DNA from: Bacilli bacterium
GTDB lineage: Bacteria > Bacillota_I > Bacilli_A > RFN20 > CAG-826
Direction: 5' to 3'
Assembly: GCA_017479485.1 (NCBI GenBank)
Contig: JAFVCC010000114.1
Location: 1,791-65,790 of the forward strand
Length of the DNA: 64,000 nt
Part shown: positions 9,134-17,738 of the stretch, piece by piece
Position numbering within the stretch: position 1 is the stretch's first letter
Layout: the number at the start of each line of letters is the position of its first letter
The notes under the pieces: generated by a model
Seen by the model: the letters and a program-made list of their open reading frames with translations, nothing else
Databases searched by the model: none
What the model was told of the DNA's origin: nothing
Translations under genes and position numbers: made by a program

Positions 9134-9975
9134 CTACAAAATACGAAGAGGAAGCGGGTCAGGCCATTGAGATCTTTGACGAACTCGAAGTCGTAGTCTT
9201 CAAGGTATTTGGCCATCAAATCCGTGAGATATGCTTCGAGGTCATAACCAATTTCAAAAGCCATCAGCAATGTCCCCTTCTTCACTTTCTTATAATCTTT
9301 AAAGATGTCCTCATAGACCGAGTTTTCTTCGGTTAAATATAGCGCTTCCTCAGGCTCATAGCGTTTGACCGACTCCTGCACTTCGTCCCGGTTTAGGATA
9401 TAGGGAGGGTTCGACACGATGATGTCGAGATTCATCTTCGCCGCAATATAGGGCTCGAGGCTCTTGCCTTGGAGGAGGTTCGCGCGAACGCCATTATCGG
9501 TGATGTTCTTTTTGGCCACTTCAAGGGCTTGAGAAGACACGTCCGAACCCACGAGAAGCCAATTGGGGAAAAGCGTCTTTAACGCACATAGGATCGCGCC
9601 AGACCCAGTTCCGATGTCCGCGCAGACCAAATAGTTCCTCGGGTCATAGTAATCCGTAATACGCTCCGAGAGGTTCGCGACGAGTTCTTCCGTCTCCATG
9701 CGCGGGATTAAAACGCGCTGATCCACGTAGAGCTTAGTATGCAAAAACGTAGCCTCATGAATCACATATTCCACAGGCATTCCTTGCAATAACTTTGCAA
9801 AATCCGCTTCAAATTTTTGATTTTGCGTAAATTCGTCGTCTTTGTGGTAAAGCACGTCGATGGGTTCTGGATAGCCCATTTCGTGGGCGATGAGGACACG
9901 GATTTCCTGCGAGGTGACGCCGGACTCCTTTCCCACCTTCATCGCATTGAGATAGACGTCGTAGATTTTAGGCAT
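9130..9975 (-). CDS. prmC: Release-factor glutamine N5-methyltransferase PrmC (HemK)
   Basis: IVSNPPYI motif and a SAM-binding DIGTGSG motif. The start is placed at ATG 9975 (MPKIYDV), overlapping the prfA stop by 8 nt. The track's start at 9996 is probably an over-extension. Confidence 0.88.
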   Translation of the reverse strand: MPKIYDVYLNAMKVGKESGVTSQEIRVLIAHEMGYPEPIDVLYHKDDEFTQNQKFEADFAKLLQGMPVEYVIHEATFLHTKLYVDQRVLIPRMETEELVANLSERITDYYDPRNYLVCADIGTGSGAILCALKTLFPNWLLVGSDVSSQALEVAKKNITDNGVRANLLQGKSLEPYIAAKMNLDIIVSNPPYILNRDEVQESVKRYEPEEALYLTEENSVYEDIFKDYKKVKKGTLLMAFEIGYDLEAYLTDLMAKYLEDYDFEFVKDLNGLTRFLFVFCR

Positions 9976-11059
9976 TGCCTTCACCCGTCTCCTCAAGAAG
10001 CTTTTGCTCTTGGTCGAAGTGGATTAACGCCTCGATGATGCCATCGAGTTCGCCTTCCATAATACGGTCGAGTTGGTTGACCGTGTAGCCGATGCGGTGG
10101 TCGGTGACGCGGTTTTGTGGATAGTTATATGTACGGATTTTCTCCGACCTTTCGCCAGTGCCGACTTTGAGCTTTCGTTCCGTCGCACGTTTCGCATCTT
10201 CTTGTTCTTGGAAATAAGCGAAGACCTTCGCACGAATCATCTGCATCGCGATTTCCTTGTTTTGGAGTTGGGCCTTTTCCGTCTGGCACGCCGCGACGAT
10301 GCCGGTAGGAATGTGGGTGATGCGCACCGCAGACTCAGTCTTATTAACGTTTTGCCCGCCAGCGCCTTGAGAGTGATAAGTATCAATCTTCAAATCGGAG
10401 GGGTTAATCTGCACGTCTACTTCCTTGGCTTCGGGCATTACCAAAACCGTCGCGGTCGAGGTGTGGATACGCCCGCTAGCTTCGGTCTTTGGGACGCGTT
10501 GAACGCGGTGGGCACCCGACTCGAACTTCAATTTGGAATAGACCGAATCGCCCTTAATCATAAAAGAGGCGCTCGCGTAGCCGCCCGACGCGCCTAAAGT
10601 CGCATCGAGAAATTGGATTTTCCAGCCCTGCTTTTCCGCGTATTTGGTGTACATACGGACCAAATCACCCGCGAAGATGTTGGCTTCGTCGCCACCGACT
10701 GCGCCACGAATTTCCACGATGATGTTCTTGTCATCATTGGGATCTTTGGGAAGAAGGATGATCTTAAATTGACCTTCGAGTTCCTCCATCTTGTCTTGCG
10801 CAGCCTTGCGGGTCTCTTTGGCAAACTCGGCCAGTTCGGGGTCGCCAGAGGCTTCCATCTCATAGGAATCCGCGACATCCTGTTCTGCCTTTAAATAAAT
10901 AAGGTAGGCTTCATAAGCCTCGCGTAAATCCGCTTGTTCTTTTGTCTTTTTGGTGAAGCTCGCAAGGTCGTCTGCCGCATCATCTTTTCCGAGTTCCTCG
11001 GCGAGTTGTAGATAACGGCTTTTCGTCGCTTCGAGCCTTTTTCGCATTGAATCTTCCAT
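9968..11059 (-). CDS. prfA: Peptide chain release factor 1
   Basis: GAGGQNVNK (GGQ) motif and RF1-type domain order, located upstream of prmC. The start could instead be ATG 11047 (MRKRLE...). Confidence 0.93.
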   Translation of the reverse strand: MEDSMRKRLEATKSRYLQLAEELGKDDAADDLASFTKKTKEQADLREAYEAYLIYLKAEQDVADSYEMEASGDPELAEFAKETRKAAQDKMEELEGQFKIILLPKDPNDDKNIIVEIRGAVGGDEANIFAGDLVRMYTKYAEKQGWKIQFLDATLGASGGYASASFMIKGDSVYSKLKFESGAHRVQRVPKTEASGRIHTSTATVLVMPEAKEVDVQINPSDLKIDTYHSQGAGGQNVNKTESAVRITHIPTGIVAACQTEKAQLQNKEIAMQMIRAKVFAYFQEQEDAKRATERKLKVGTGERSEKIRTYNYPQNRVTDHRIGYTVNQLDRIMEGELDGIIEALIHFDQEQKLLEETGEGNA

Positions 11060-11170
11060 GTTATTGAACCTGCCGGTGCGATTATAGCATCTGGCCCATA
11101 GGTAAGAAAAGGCAACTAATCTATGATTAGACCTAGGAAGAACGGGGCGGGACCGCTATAATTCAAACTA

Positions 11171-13072
11171 ATGGCATACAAAGCACTTTATAACAAATAT
11201 CGCCCAACCACTTTCGAAGAAGTGGCGGGCCAGCGTTCCATCGTTCGCACGATGCGTAACGCAATCGAAAACAACAAAATCGCTCACGCTTACTTGTTTT
11301 GTGGGCCTCGTGGCACCGGAAAGACTTCGATGGCACGCCTTTTTGCTAAGGCGCTAAACTGCGAGGAAGGTCTCGGCCACCAATGCAACCACTGCTCCAA
11401 TTGCTTGGCGATGAACTCTGGCTCTCACCCCGACGTCATTGAAATTGACGCCGCCTCCAATAATGGCGTGGAACAAGTCCGTGACCTCATCGACAAGGTC
11501 CGTTATGCACCGATCCGCGGCAAATATAAGATCTACATCATCGACGAAGTGCACATGATGTCCGCCGGCGCTTTCAATGCTTTACTCAAAACCTTGGAAG
11601 AACCGCCCGAGCACGTCATCTTTATCTTGGCCACCACGGAACCATTCAAGGTTCTGCCGACCATTATTTCCCGTTGTCAGAGATATGATTTCGGTAAGAT
11701 TGACCCCAAAGACATCAAAGATAAACTCATTTGGATTTTAAACCGCGAAGGTGTCCCGTACGAGGAATCTGCCCTCGATGCGGTCGTCGACCTCGCTGAC
11801 GGTGGCATGCGCGACGCATTATCCATATTGGATCAGGCGCTCGCCTATGGCGGAAACCAGGTCCGTGAAAAGGACGTCCTCGATGTATTTGGCTTAACCT
11901 CCACCGCGCAGAAGTGCCGCCTCCTCGACCTGATTGCATCGGGTCAAGTGAGCCCCGTCCTCGCTTTAGCAGAAGAATTTCTCACCTCGGGTATCGACAT
12001 CAAGCGCTTGGTTCAGGCGCTTCTCGACATCCTCAAAGACATCTTGGTCTATCTGAAGACCGGCGAAGAGAAATTGCTCCAAGCCGCCTCCTTAAAAGAA
12101 ATTGATGCTCTGCTCGGCAAGATTGATGATGTCCGTGCGAACGAAATGATCGACGTGCTCATCAAATGCCAAGCGGATTCTAAGACCGTGGGCAACCTCC
12201 GTTCGTTATTTGAATTAACACTCATTCGTATGACGTCGTTATTCGGAGGAGCTGCCGTTAACGTCACTCCAAGAGTGGAAGCAAAGCCTGTCGCGCCTGC
12301 GCCTCAGCCAAAAGCCGAAATTAAAGTAGAGCCCAAGCCAGAGCCAAAGGTCGAACCGAAGCCTGAGCCAAAACCCGAGCCCAAAGTTGAACCGCAGGCT
12401 AAGATCGAGCCCGCCGCCCACGCTTCTGGTGAATTGTTCCACGAAGAACCCGCGGAGCCCAACCAAAGCGTCTATACGGGAACCACTCCTCCCGATTGGC
12501 TCTTTGACGAAGCTCCAGCAAAGCCGAAAATGGAACCGAAGCCTGAAGTCAAAACCCCTGCAGAACCTGTTAAAAAGCCTGCAAAACCCATCTTTTCTGA
12601 AGAAAAAGAAGAACCGGAAAAACCCGTTGCCGCGCCGTCTCTCGGCGTCATGGCCAGCGAGGGAACGCCGCTATTCCTCGACGACGAGACCATCGTGAAT
12701 ATCATGGTTCTCGGCCCCAAGTACAAACCCCAGCGTCAGGCTTTGTTTGATCGTTGGAACGAAATCGGCGACCTCCGCTTCGATCCCAAAGTCGGTGCCT
12801 TGGCCGCATTGCTCAGCGAAGGGCGCCCCTTCTGCCTATGCAGCCAGGCGCTCCTCATCAACTTCAACTTTACGCGCCAGCGCGATAAAGCCAACCTCGC
12901 GGAGAACCAGAAAGCCATCTCCGATCTCGTGGCTACCGTACTTGGCCGCAACGTATTCGTCTATAGTTTGGACCGCAACGACTCCAACCGTTGCCAAAAG
13001 GCCTACTATGGGCTGAAACAAATCGGGAAATTGCCCAACCCCGAAGACGTCATACTTAATCTGCCAAAATAG
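11171..13072 (+). CDS. dnaX: DNA polymerase III subunit gamma/tau
   Basis: MAYKALYNKYRPTTFEEVAGQ, GPRGTGKTS, a zinc module (CEEGLGHQCNHCSNC) and the DEVHM box. It sits upstream of ybaB-recR. Confidence 0.95.
   Translation: MAYKALYNKYRPTTFEEVAGQRSIVRTMRNAIENNKIAHAYLFCGPRGTGKTSMARLFAKALNCEEGLGHQCNHCSNCLAMNSGSHPDVIEIDAASNNGVEQVRDLIDKVRYAPIRGKYKIYIIDEVHMMSAGAFNALLKTLEEPPEHVIFILATTEPFKVLPTIISRCQRYDFGKIDPKDIKDKLIWILNREGVPYEESALDAVVDLADGGMRDALSILDQALAYGGNQVREKDVLDVFGLTSTAQKCRLLDLIASGQVSPVLALAEEFLTSGIDIKRLVQALLDILKDILVYLKTGEEKLLQAASLKEIDALLGKIDDVRANEMIDVLIKCQADSKTVGNLRSLFELTLIRMTSLFGGAAVNVTPRVEAKPVAPAPQPKAEIKVEPKPEPKVEPKPEPKPEPKVEPQAKIEPAAHASGELFHEEPAEPNQSVYTGTTPPDWLFDEAPAKPKMEPKPEVKTPAEPVKKPAKPIFSEEKEEPEKPVAAPSLGVMASEGTPLFLDDETIVNIMVLGPKYKPQRQALFDRWNEIGDLRFDPKVGALAALLSEGRPFCLCSQALLINFNFTRQRDKANLAENQKAISDLVATVLGRNVFVYSLDRNDSNRCQKAYYGLKQIGKLPNPEDVILNLPK
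12275..12420 (+). repeat. In-frame imperfect tandem repeat encoding a (K/E)-P-(E/K)-P-K-V-E linker inside dnaX
   Basis: The translation reads KPVAPAPQPKAEIKVEPKPEPKVEPKPEPKPEPKVEPQAKIEP. The DNA shows reiterated gagccaaa / gaaccgaag units. Confidence 0.8.
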
Positions 13073-13085
13073 GAGGAAACATAAC

Positions 13086-13385
13086 ATGAACCAGATGCAG
13101 CAGATGCTCATGAACGCGCAAAGGATGCAGCGCGAACTTCAAAAGGCCCACGCCGCCCTTGCCGAAAAGGAATTCAAAGTCTCCAAGAACGGCATGGTAG
13201 ACCTCGTCATGCTCGGCGACCGCACCGTCAAAGAACTCAAGATCGATAAGGATGCCTTGGATCCGGAAAATGGCGAAATGCTCGCCGATACCATCGCCCT
13301 TGCGTTAAACGAAGCCTTGGAACAAATCCAAGACGAATATGACGCCATTGAAGAGAGGATCACCGGCAAAACCGGCTTATTCTAA
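13086..13385 (+). CDS. ybaB: YbaB/EbfC-family nucleoid-associated protein
   Basis: 99 aa, starting MNQMQQMLMNAQRMQRELQKA, in the conserved position between dnaX and recR. Strong SD (AGGAGG). Confidence 0.9.
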   Translation: MNQMQQMLMNAQRMQRELQKAHAALAEKEFKVSKNGMVDLVMLGDRTVKELKIDKDALDPENGEMLADTIALALNEALEQIQDEYDAIEERITGKTGLF

Positions 13386-13981
13386 TGAAGGATTTGCCCA
13401 CATATACCGCCCTTGTGGATTCTTTTCGTAAGCTTCCGGGCATTGGCACACGTTCCGCTGAACGCATGGCCAACGCCGTTTTGGAGCTGCGCAAAGAGGA
13501 CGCTTTAGAGTTTGCTGAAGCGATTCAAAACGCGAAGACGAAGGTCCATAAGTGCCCCAACTGCGGGCTTTATACCGAAGATGACCTCTGTGAGGTCTGC
13601 AAAGACGACACGAGGAATCACGAGATCTGTTTGGTCGTCGTGAACCCCAAAGATGCCATTGCCTTTGAAGCGGTAAGCAATTTCCGCGGCGTTTATCACG
13701 TCCTTGGTGGCTTGCTTTCGCCCGCGAAAGGCGTCGGCGCGGAGGCGTTGAACATTGATTCGTTGAAACTGCGCATCAAAGAAGAGGGCATCAAAGAAAT
13801 CATCGTTGCTACTTCCCCAACCCTAGAAGGGGAAACCACTGCTTTGTTCTTAGCCAAAGTCCTCGAGCCAAGCGGCGTATCCGTTTCGCGCCTTGGCTAT
13901 GGCTTGCCCGCGGGATCGTCGCTAGAATACGCCGACCCATTAACGCTATCCCGCGCACTTGAAGGGAGGAGAAAACTATGA
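13385..13981 (+). CDS. recR: Recombination protein RecR
   Basis: HhH motif (LPGIGTRSAERMA), a C4 zinc finger (CPNCG ... CEVC) and a Toprim domain. Confidence 0.93.
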   Translation: MKDLPTYTALVDSFRKLPGIGTRSAERMANAVLELRKEDALEFAEAIQNAKTKVHKCPNCGLYTEDDLCEVCKDDTRNHEICLVVVNPKDAIAFEAVSNFRGVYHVLGGLLSPAKGVGAEALNIDSLKLRIKEEGIKEIIVATSPTLEGETTALFLAKVLEPSGVSVSRLGYGLPAGSSLEYADPLTLSRALEGRRKL

Positions 13982-14601
13982 GTTTATTTGTTACGTTTGA
14001 AGGCGGCGAAGGATCTGGAAAGTCCTCCGCATTAAAGCTTCTTGACGAGCGTCTCCGCAGGGAAGGATATGAGACCGTTTTGACCCGTGAACCTGGCGGC
14101 ACGCCAATCGCGGAGCAAATCCGTAACGTCATCTTGGATAAAGCCAACACCAAGATGGATTCGCGCACCGAAGCGCTGCTTTATGCTGCCTCAAGAAGGC
14201 AACACCTTGTAGAGAAGGTTTGGCCCGCTTTAAAAGAGGGTAAGCTCGTCCTTTGCGACCGTTATCTTGACTCCTCTCTTGCCTATCAAGGAGGTGCCCG
14301 TGGATTAGGCATTGATAACGTTCTTAACGTCAATCTCTTCGCCACCGAAGGTACCTATCCGGATTTGACGCTCCTTTTTGATATTGAGCCAGAAATCGGC
14401 CTCGCCCGCATCGCCAGCAACGCCTCGCGTGAAGTCAACCGCCTTGACTTAGAGAAGATTGAGTTCCACCGTGGCGTCCGCAAGACCTTCTTGGAACTTG
14501 CTGCGCGTTACCCCGACCGCTACGTCATCATCGACGCGTCCAAAACACTCGAAGAGGTAGTCGAAAGCGCATATCATTCCATCGCTGCTCGACTGAAATA
14601 A
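13978..14601 (+). CDS. tmk: Thymidylate kinase
   Basis: FVTFEGGEGSGKSS P-loop, DRYLDSSLAYQG motif, 207 aa. Confidence 0.92.
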   Translation: MSLFVTFEGGEGSGKSSALKLLDERLRREGYETVLTREPGGTPIAEQIRNVILDKANTKMDSRTEALLYAASRRQHLVEKVWPALKEGKLVLCDRYLDSSLAYQGGARGLGIDNVLNVNLFATEGTYPDLTLLFDIEPEIGLARIASNASREVNRLDLEKIEFHRGVRKTFLELAARYPDRYVIIDASKTLEEVVESAYHSIAARLK

Positions 14602-14606
14602 GACTA

Positions 14607-15584
14607 ATGGGCCTCGCAAATTACCTCAAAAATAGACAACCCTTAGTTACGAAGTCTTTTTGCTATGGCCTAACGCACGATCAATTAGCTCATGCCTATT
14701 TGCTCACTGGCGAAGCGGGAACTCCGTTAAAAGAGACCGCTTTGTTCTTAGCTAAGTCCATCCTTTGCGACCATCCTAACCCGCTCGCCGACGAAGAATG
14801 CATCACTTGCCAACGCATCGACCGCGATGAATATCCGGACTTTATCTTTTTCGATGGCGAAGAAGATTCCATCAAAAAGGATGAGATACGCGATGTTGTA
14901 AACCTTTTCCAAAAGACCCCGCTAGAACGCAAAGGCGTGATGATTTATGTCATCCACCTCGTTGAGAACATGACCCTTGAGGCCGTGAATTCTTTATTAA
15001 AGTTCCTTGAAGAGCCAAGCCCCTGGACCTACGCCATATTAACGACGCAGAACGAAGATAAGGTCCTTCCAACCATCGTCTCGCGTTGCGAGAGGCTCCG
15101 TCTGATCCTTACTCCGCGCAAGGAAGTCTATGAAGAAGCCATCTCTCTTGGCGTGAACAAAGAAGACGCTGAAATCCTCTCCGCCTTCTATAACGACGGC
15201 TCCTTGCTTAAAGCCGCCGCCGAGAAAGAGGATTACCAGAAGCTAAAGCTCGCCGCGACCGACGCGATTGATGCTCTTTCGCGCAGCCCCCACTACGCTC
15301 GGTTTATCTTCGAAAAAGATGTCATGCCCCTCGTATCTTCCAAACCTGCCGCGCGGTTTATGTTTGATTTGCTAACCCTTTTCTTCCGCGACATCGTCGC
15401 CTATAAGGCGGGCAATCCCATTTCCTTGACGAGCTATGATAAAATAATCGCCGAAGCAGCGAAGAAACTGCCGCATGTAGATACTTCCCTTCTCTCCATT
15501 ATGACGCTCCGCGGAGAGATTGAGCTGAATATTCGGGTCGGTTTAATCTTGACCCATCTTGTGAACGTCCTAACCAAGGAGTGA
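14607..15584 (+). CDS. holB: DNA polymerase III subunit delta'
   Basis: AHAYLLTGEAG motif (degenerate P-loop), a Cys cluster and TIVSRC motif. Conserved tmk-holB-yaaT order. Confidence 0.85.
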   Translation: MGLANYLKNRQPLVTKSFCYGLTHDQLAHAYLLTGEAGTPLKETALFLAKSILCDHPNPLADEECITCQRIDRDEYPDFIFFDGEEDSIKKDEIRDVVNLFQKTPLERKGVMIYVIHLVENMTLEAVNSLLKFLEEPSPWTYAILTTQNEDKVLPTIVSRCERLRLILTPRKEVYEEAISLGVNKEDAEILSAFYNDGSLLKAAAEKEDYQKLKLAATDAIDALSRSPHYARFIFEKDVMPLVSSKPAARFMFDLLTLFFRDIVAYKAGNPISLTSYDKIIAEAAKKLPHVDTSLLSIMTLRGEIELNIRVGLILTHLVNVLTKE

Positions 15585-15591
15585 TACACTC

Positions 15592-16872
15592 ATGACCCCC
15601 GAACAAGCCGGATATTATTTAGGAATCAAATTCCAAGGTTCCGAAAAAAGCTATTACTTTTCCTGCCCAACGAACGATTTTGCCTTGGGTGATTTGGTGA
15701 TTGTCTTGACTTCCGCTGGCGTGGAAGCCGGCACCGTTTCGATGCTCCCCGCCCCGTTATCAAAATACAATTCCAGTCTCAAATTAAAGTCGATCCTACG
15801 CAAAGCCGATGAACGCGACATCCGCGACTATCAGCAGAACCTCGAAGACGCCAAGCGCGCCCTTGCCATAACCCGGAAAGAAATCGAGGCATTAAGCCTT
15901 TCCATGGATCTTATCGACGCTTTTTATACCATCGACGGATCCAAAGTCACCATCACCTACACCTCTACCGAAAAACGCGTGGATTTCCGCGAATTGCTCA
16001 AGGTCCTCGCACCGCAACTTGGCTGCCGAATTGAACTACGCCAAATCGCATCTCGCGATAAAGCAAAGATGATCGGTGGGCTTGGCATCTGTGGTCTTCC
16101 CTTATGTTGCTCTACCTTCTTAACACAGTTTGAAGGCATTTCCATTCAACGCGCGAAAAACCAGATGCTTACGCTGAATATTCCTAAGCTGTCGGGGCCA
16201 TGTGGAAAGCTCATCTGCTGCTTAACCTATGAAGACGACGCCTATACCGCAGCAAAGAAAGAGTTCCCGCGCATCGGATCGCCCGTCAAAATCGATGGCG
16301 AGCAATATACGGTTGACGGCTTTAACATCCTCTCGCGCACCGTCCGCGTGGTGAATGCGGGTCGCAGCGACTATAAAACCTTTAGCCTCGAGGACTATAA
16401 CGCGGTTTTAAACGGCACCTATGTCCACAAAGTTGAGATCATCAAATCCGATGATTCTTCGCTGCCTTCCTTCGGCATCGAACCTCATGCCGAGCGAAAA
16501 GAAAAAACCAACAATTCGGAAAATCAAAATTCCAAAAATAACGGCAAAACCCGCCCGAATCACCAAAAACCGCAGCAAAATAACCAAAATCGAAATCCGC
16601 AGCAAAAACCCCATCAAAATAACAATAGACCTCAAAAAGGTCCGCAAAACGGCCCTCAACAGCAAAAAGGACCGCAAAACGGGAATAACCAACCCCGTCG
16701 CCCACAGCAGGGGCACCGCCCGCAGCAAGGCGGAAATCGCCCGCAGAATAACAACCCGCAGCAGGGCCAAAGCCAGGGCAACCCCAATCCGAATCAGAAC
16801 CGCAACCGCCACCGTCACCACCATCGCGGCGGCAGCGGCAACCGCGGAGGCGGAGAAGGCGGCGCGCAATGA
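15592..16872 (+). CDS. ricT: PSP1-domain protein YaaT/RicT with a ~125-aa Q/N/P-rich, His/Gly-terminated low-complexity tail
   Basis: A PSP1 C-terminal domain with the paired Cys motifs GICGLPLCCSTF and GPCGKLICCLTYE, in the holB-yaaT-rsmI context. The tail runs from about nt 16489. Confidence 0.85.
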   Translation: MTPEQAGYYLGIKFQGSEKSYYFSCPTNDFALGDLVIVLTSAGVEAGTVSMLPAPLSKYNSSLKLKSILRKADERDIRDYQQNLEDAKRALAITRKEIEALSLSMDLIDAFYTIDGSKVTITYTSTEKRVDFRELLKVLAPQLGCRIELRQIASRDKAKMIGGLGICGLPLCCSTFLTQFEGISIQRAKNQMLTLNIPKLSGPCGKLICCLTYEDDAYTAAKKEFPRIGSPVKIDGEQYTVDGFNILSRTVRVVNAGRSDYKTFSLEDYNAVLNGTYVHKVEIIKSDDSSLPSFGIEPHAERKEKTNNSENQNSKNNGKTRPNHQKPQQNNQNRNPQQKPHQNNNRPQKGPQNGPQQQKGPQNGNNQPRRPQQGHRPQQGGNRPQNNNPQQGQSQGNPNPNQNRNRHRHHHRGGSGNRGGGEGGAQ

Positions 16873-17738
16873 TGCAGCGCGAATTAAACTTCGAAGGTCC
16901 TTCCCCAATCCTCTATCTCATCGCCACGCCGATTGGCAACCGCGGGGAAATGACGCCTCGGGCGTTAGAAGTGCTTAAAGACACCGATTTTATCGCCGCC
17001 GAAGATACCCGCAATTCTGGACAGCTCATGTCCTATTTTGGCATCGATAAGCCGTTTATCTCCTGCCACGAGCATAACGAGGAAGAGGCCGGAGCCAAAA
17101 TTGTCTCATTGCTAAAACAAGGCAAGAAGGTTTGCTTCATGTCGGATGCCGGATACCCCTGCCTCTCTGATCCTGGTCAGCGCCTTGTCGCGCGTTGCCT
17201 TGAGCAAGGGATAAAAGTCTCCGTTACTTCGGGGCCAAGCGCCGCCATAAACGCCCTAACGTGTTCTGGCTTAGATTCCACGCACTTCCATTTCGAGGGA
17301 TTCTTGCCCGCGAAAGATAGCGAGCGCGCCGCACGTCTTAATGAGCTTGCTTCCAACCCGGATACTCTCATCTTCTATGAATCGCCCCACCGCATCTTCA
17401 AGACATTGCTTTCGATGGCGGCAACCCTTGGAGACCGCAAGGCGGTAATCGCCCGCGAGCTCACCAAAGCTCACGAGGAATTCATCCGGGGGACCTTGTC
17501 CGAGCTCTGCCTATTGGACGAGAACTCACTTCGCGGCGAGATGGTTATCGTCGTCAGCGGCGCAGAAAAGAAGAAAGCCACCCTCTCGGACACGGAAATC
17601 GCCCTAGCGCTTCGCGATCAACTCGAATGGGGTAAATCCTCGAAGGAAGCCATTAAGGCCGTCTGCGAGCATAATAACCTGCCCAAAAACAAGGTTTACG
17701 ACATCTATTTAAAGAACTTCAAACGGAATGAAGATTAG
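16869..17738 (+). CDS. rsmI: 16S rRNA (cytidine1402-2'-O)-methyltransferase RsmI
   Basis: Tetrapyrrole-methylase fold motifs (LYLIATPIGN, SDAGYPCLSDPG, FYESPHR). 4-nt overlap with the yaaT stop. Confidence 0.9.
   Translation: MMQRELNFEGPSPILYLIATPIGNRGEMTPRALEVLKDTDFIAAEDTRNSGQLMSYFGIDKPFISCHEHNEEEAGAKIVSLLKQGKKVCFMSDAGYPCLSDPGQRLVARCLEQGIKVSVTSGPSAAINALTCSGLDSTHFHFEGFLPAKDSERAARLNELASNPDTLIFYESPHRIFKTLLSMAATLGDRKAVIARELTKAHEEFIRGTLSELCLLDENSLRGEMVIVVSGAEKKKATLSDTEIALALRDQLEWGKSSKEAIKAVCEHNNLPKNKVYDIYLKNFKRNED

Noticed and set aside
11060-11170. An SRP RNA (scr) gene upstream of dnaX, as in Bacillus subtilis.
   Set aside because: Only 111 nt are available, and these are shared by two divergent promoters. 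There is no SRP domain IV-like GNAR tetraloop helix, and no extended hairpin is visible.
12598-12612. An A-rich run in dnaX (GAAGAAAAAGAAGAA) as a programmed -1 frameshift site producing a gamma subunit.
   Set aside because: It does not contain the A-AAA-AAG heptamer, and I could not identify a downstream stem-loop. Bacillota generally make only tau.
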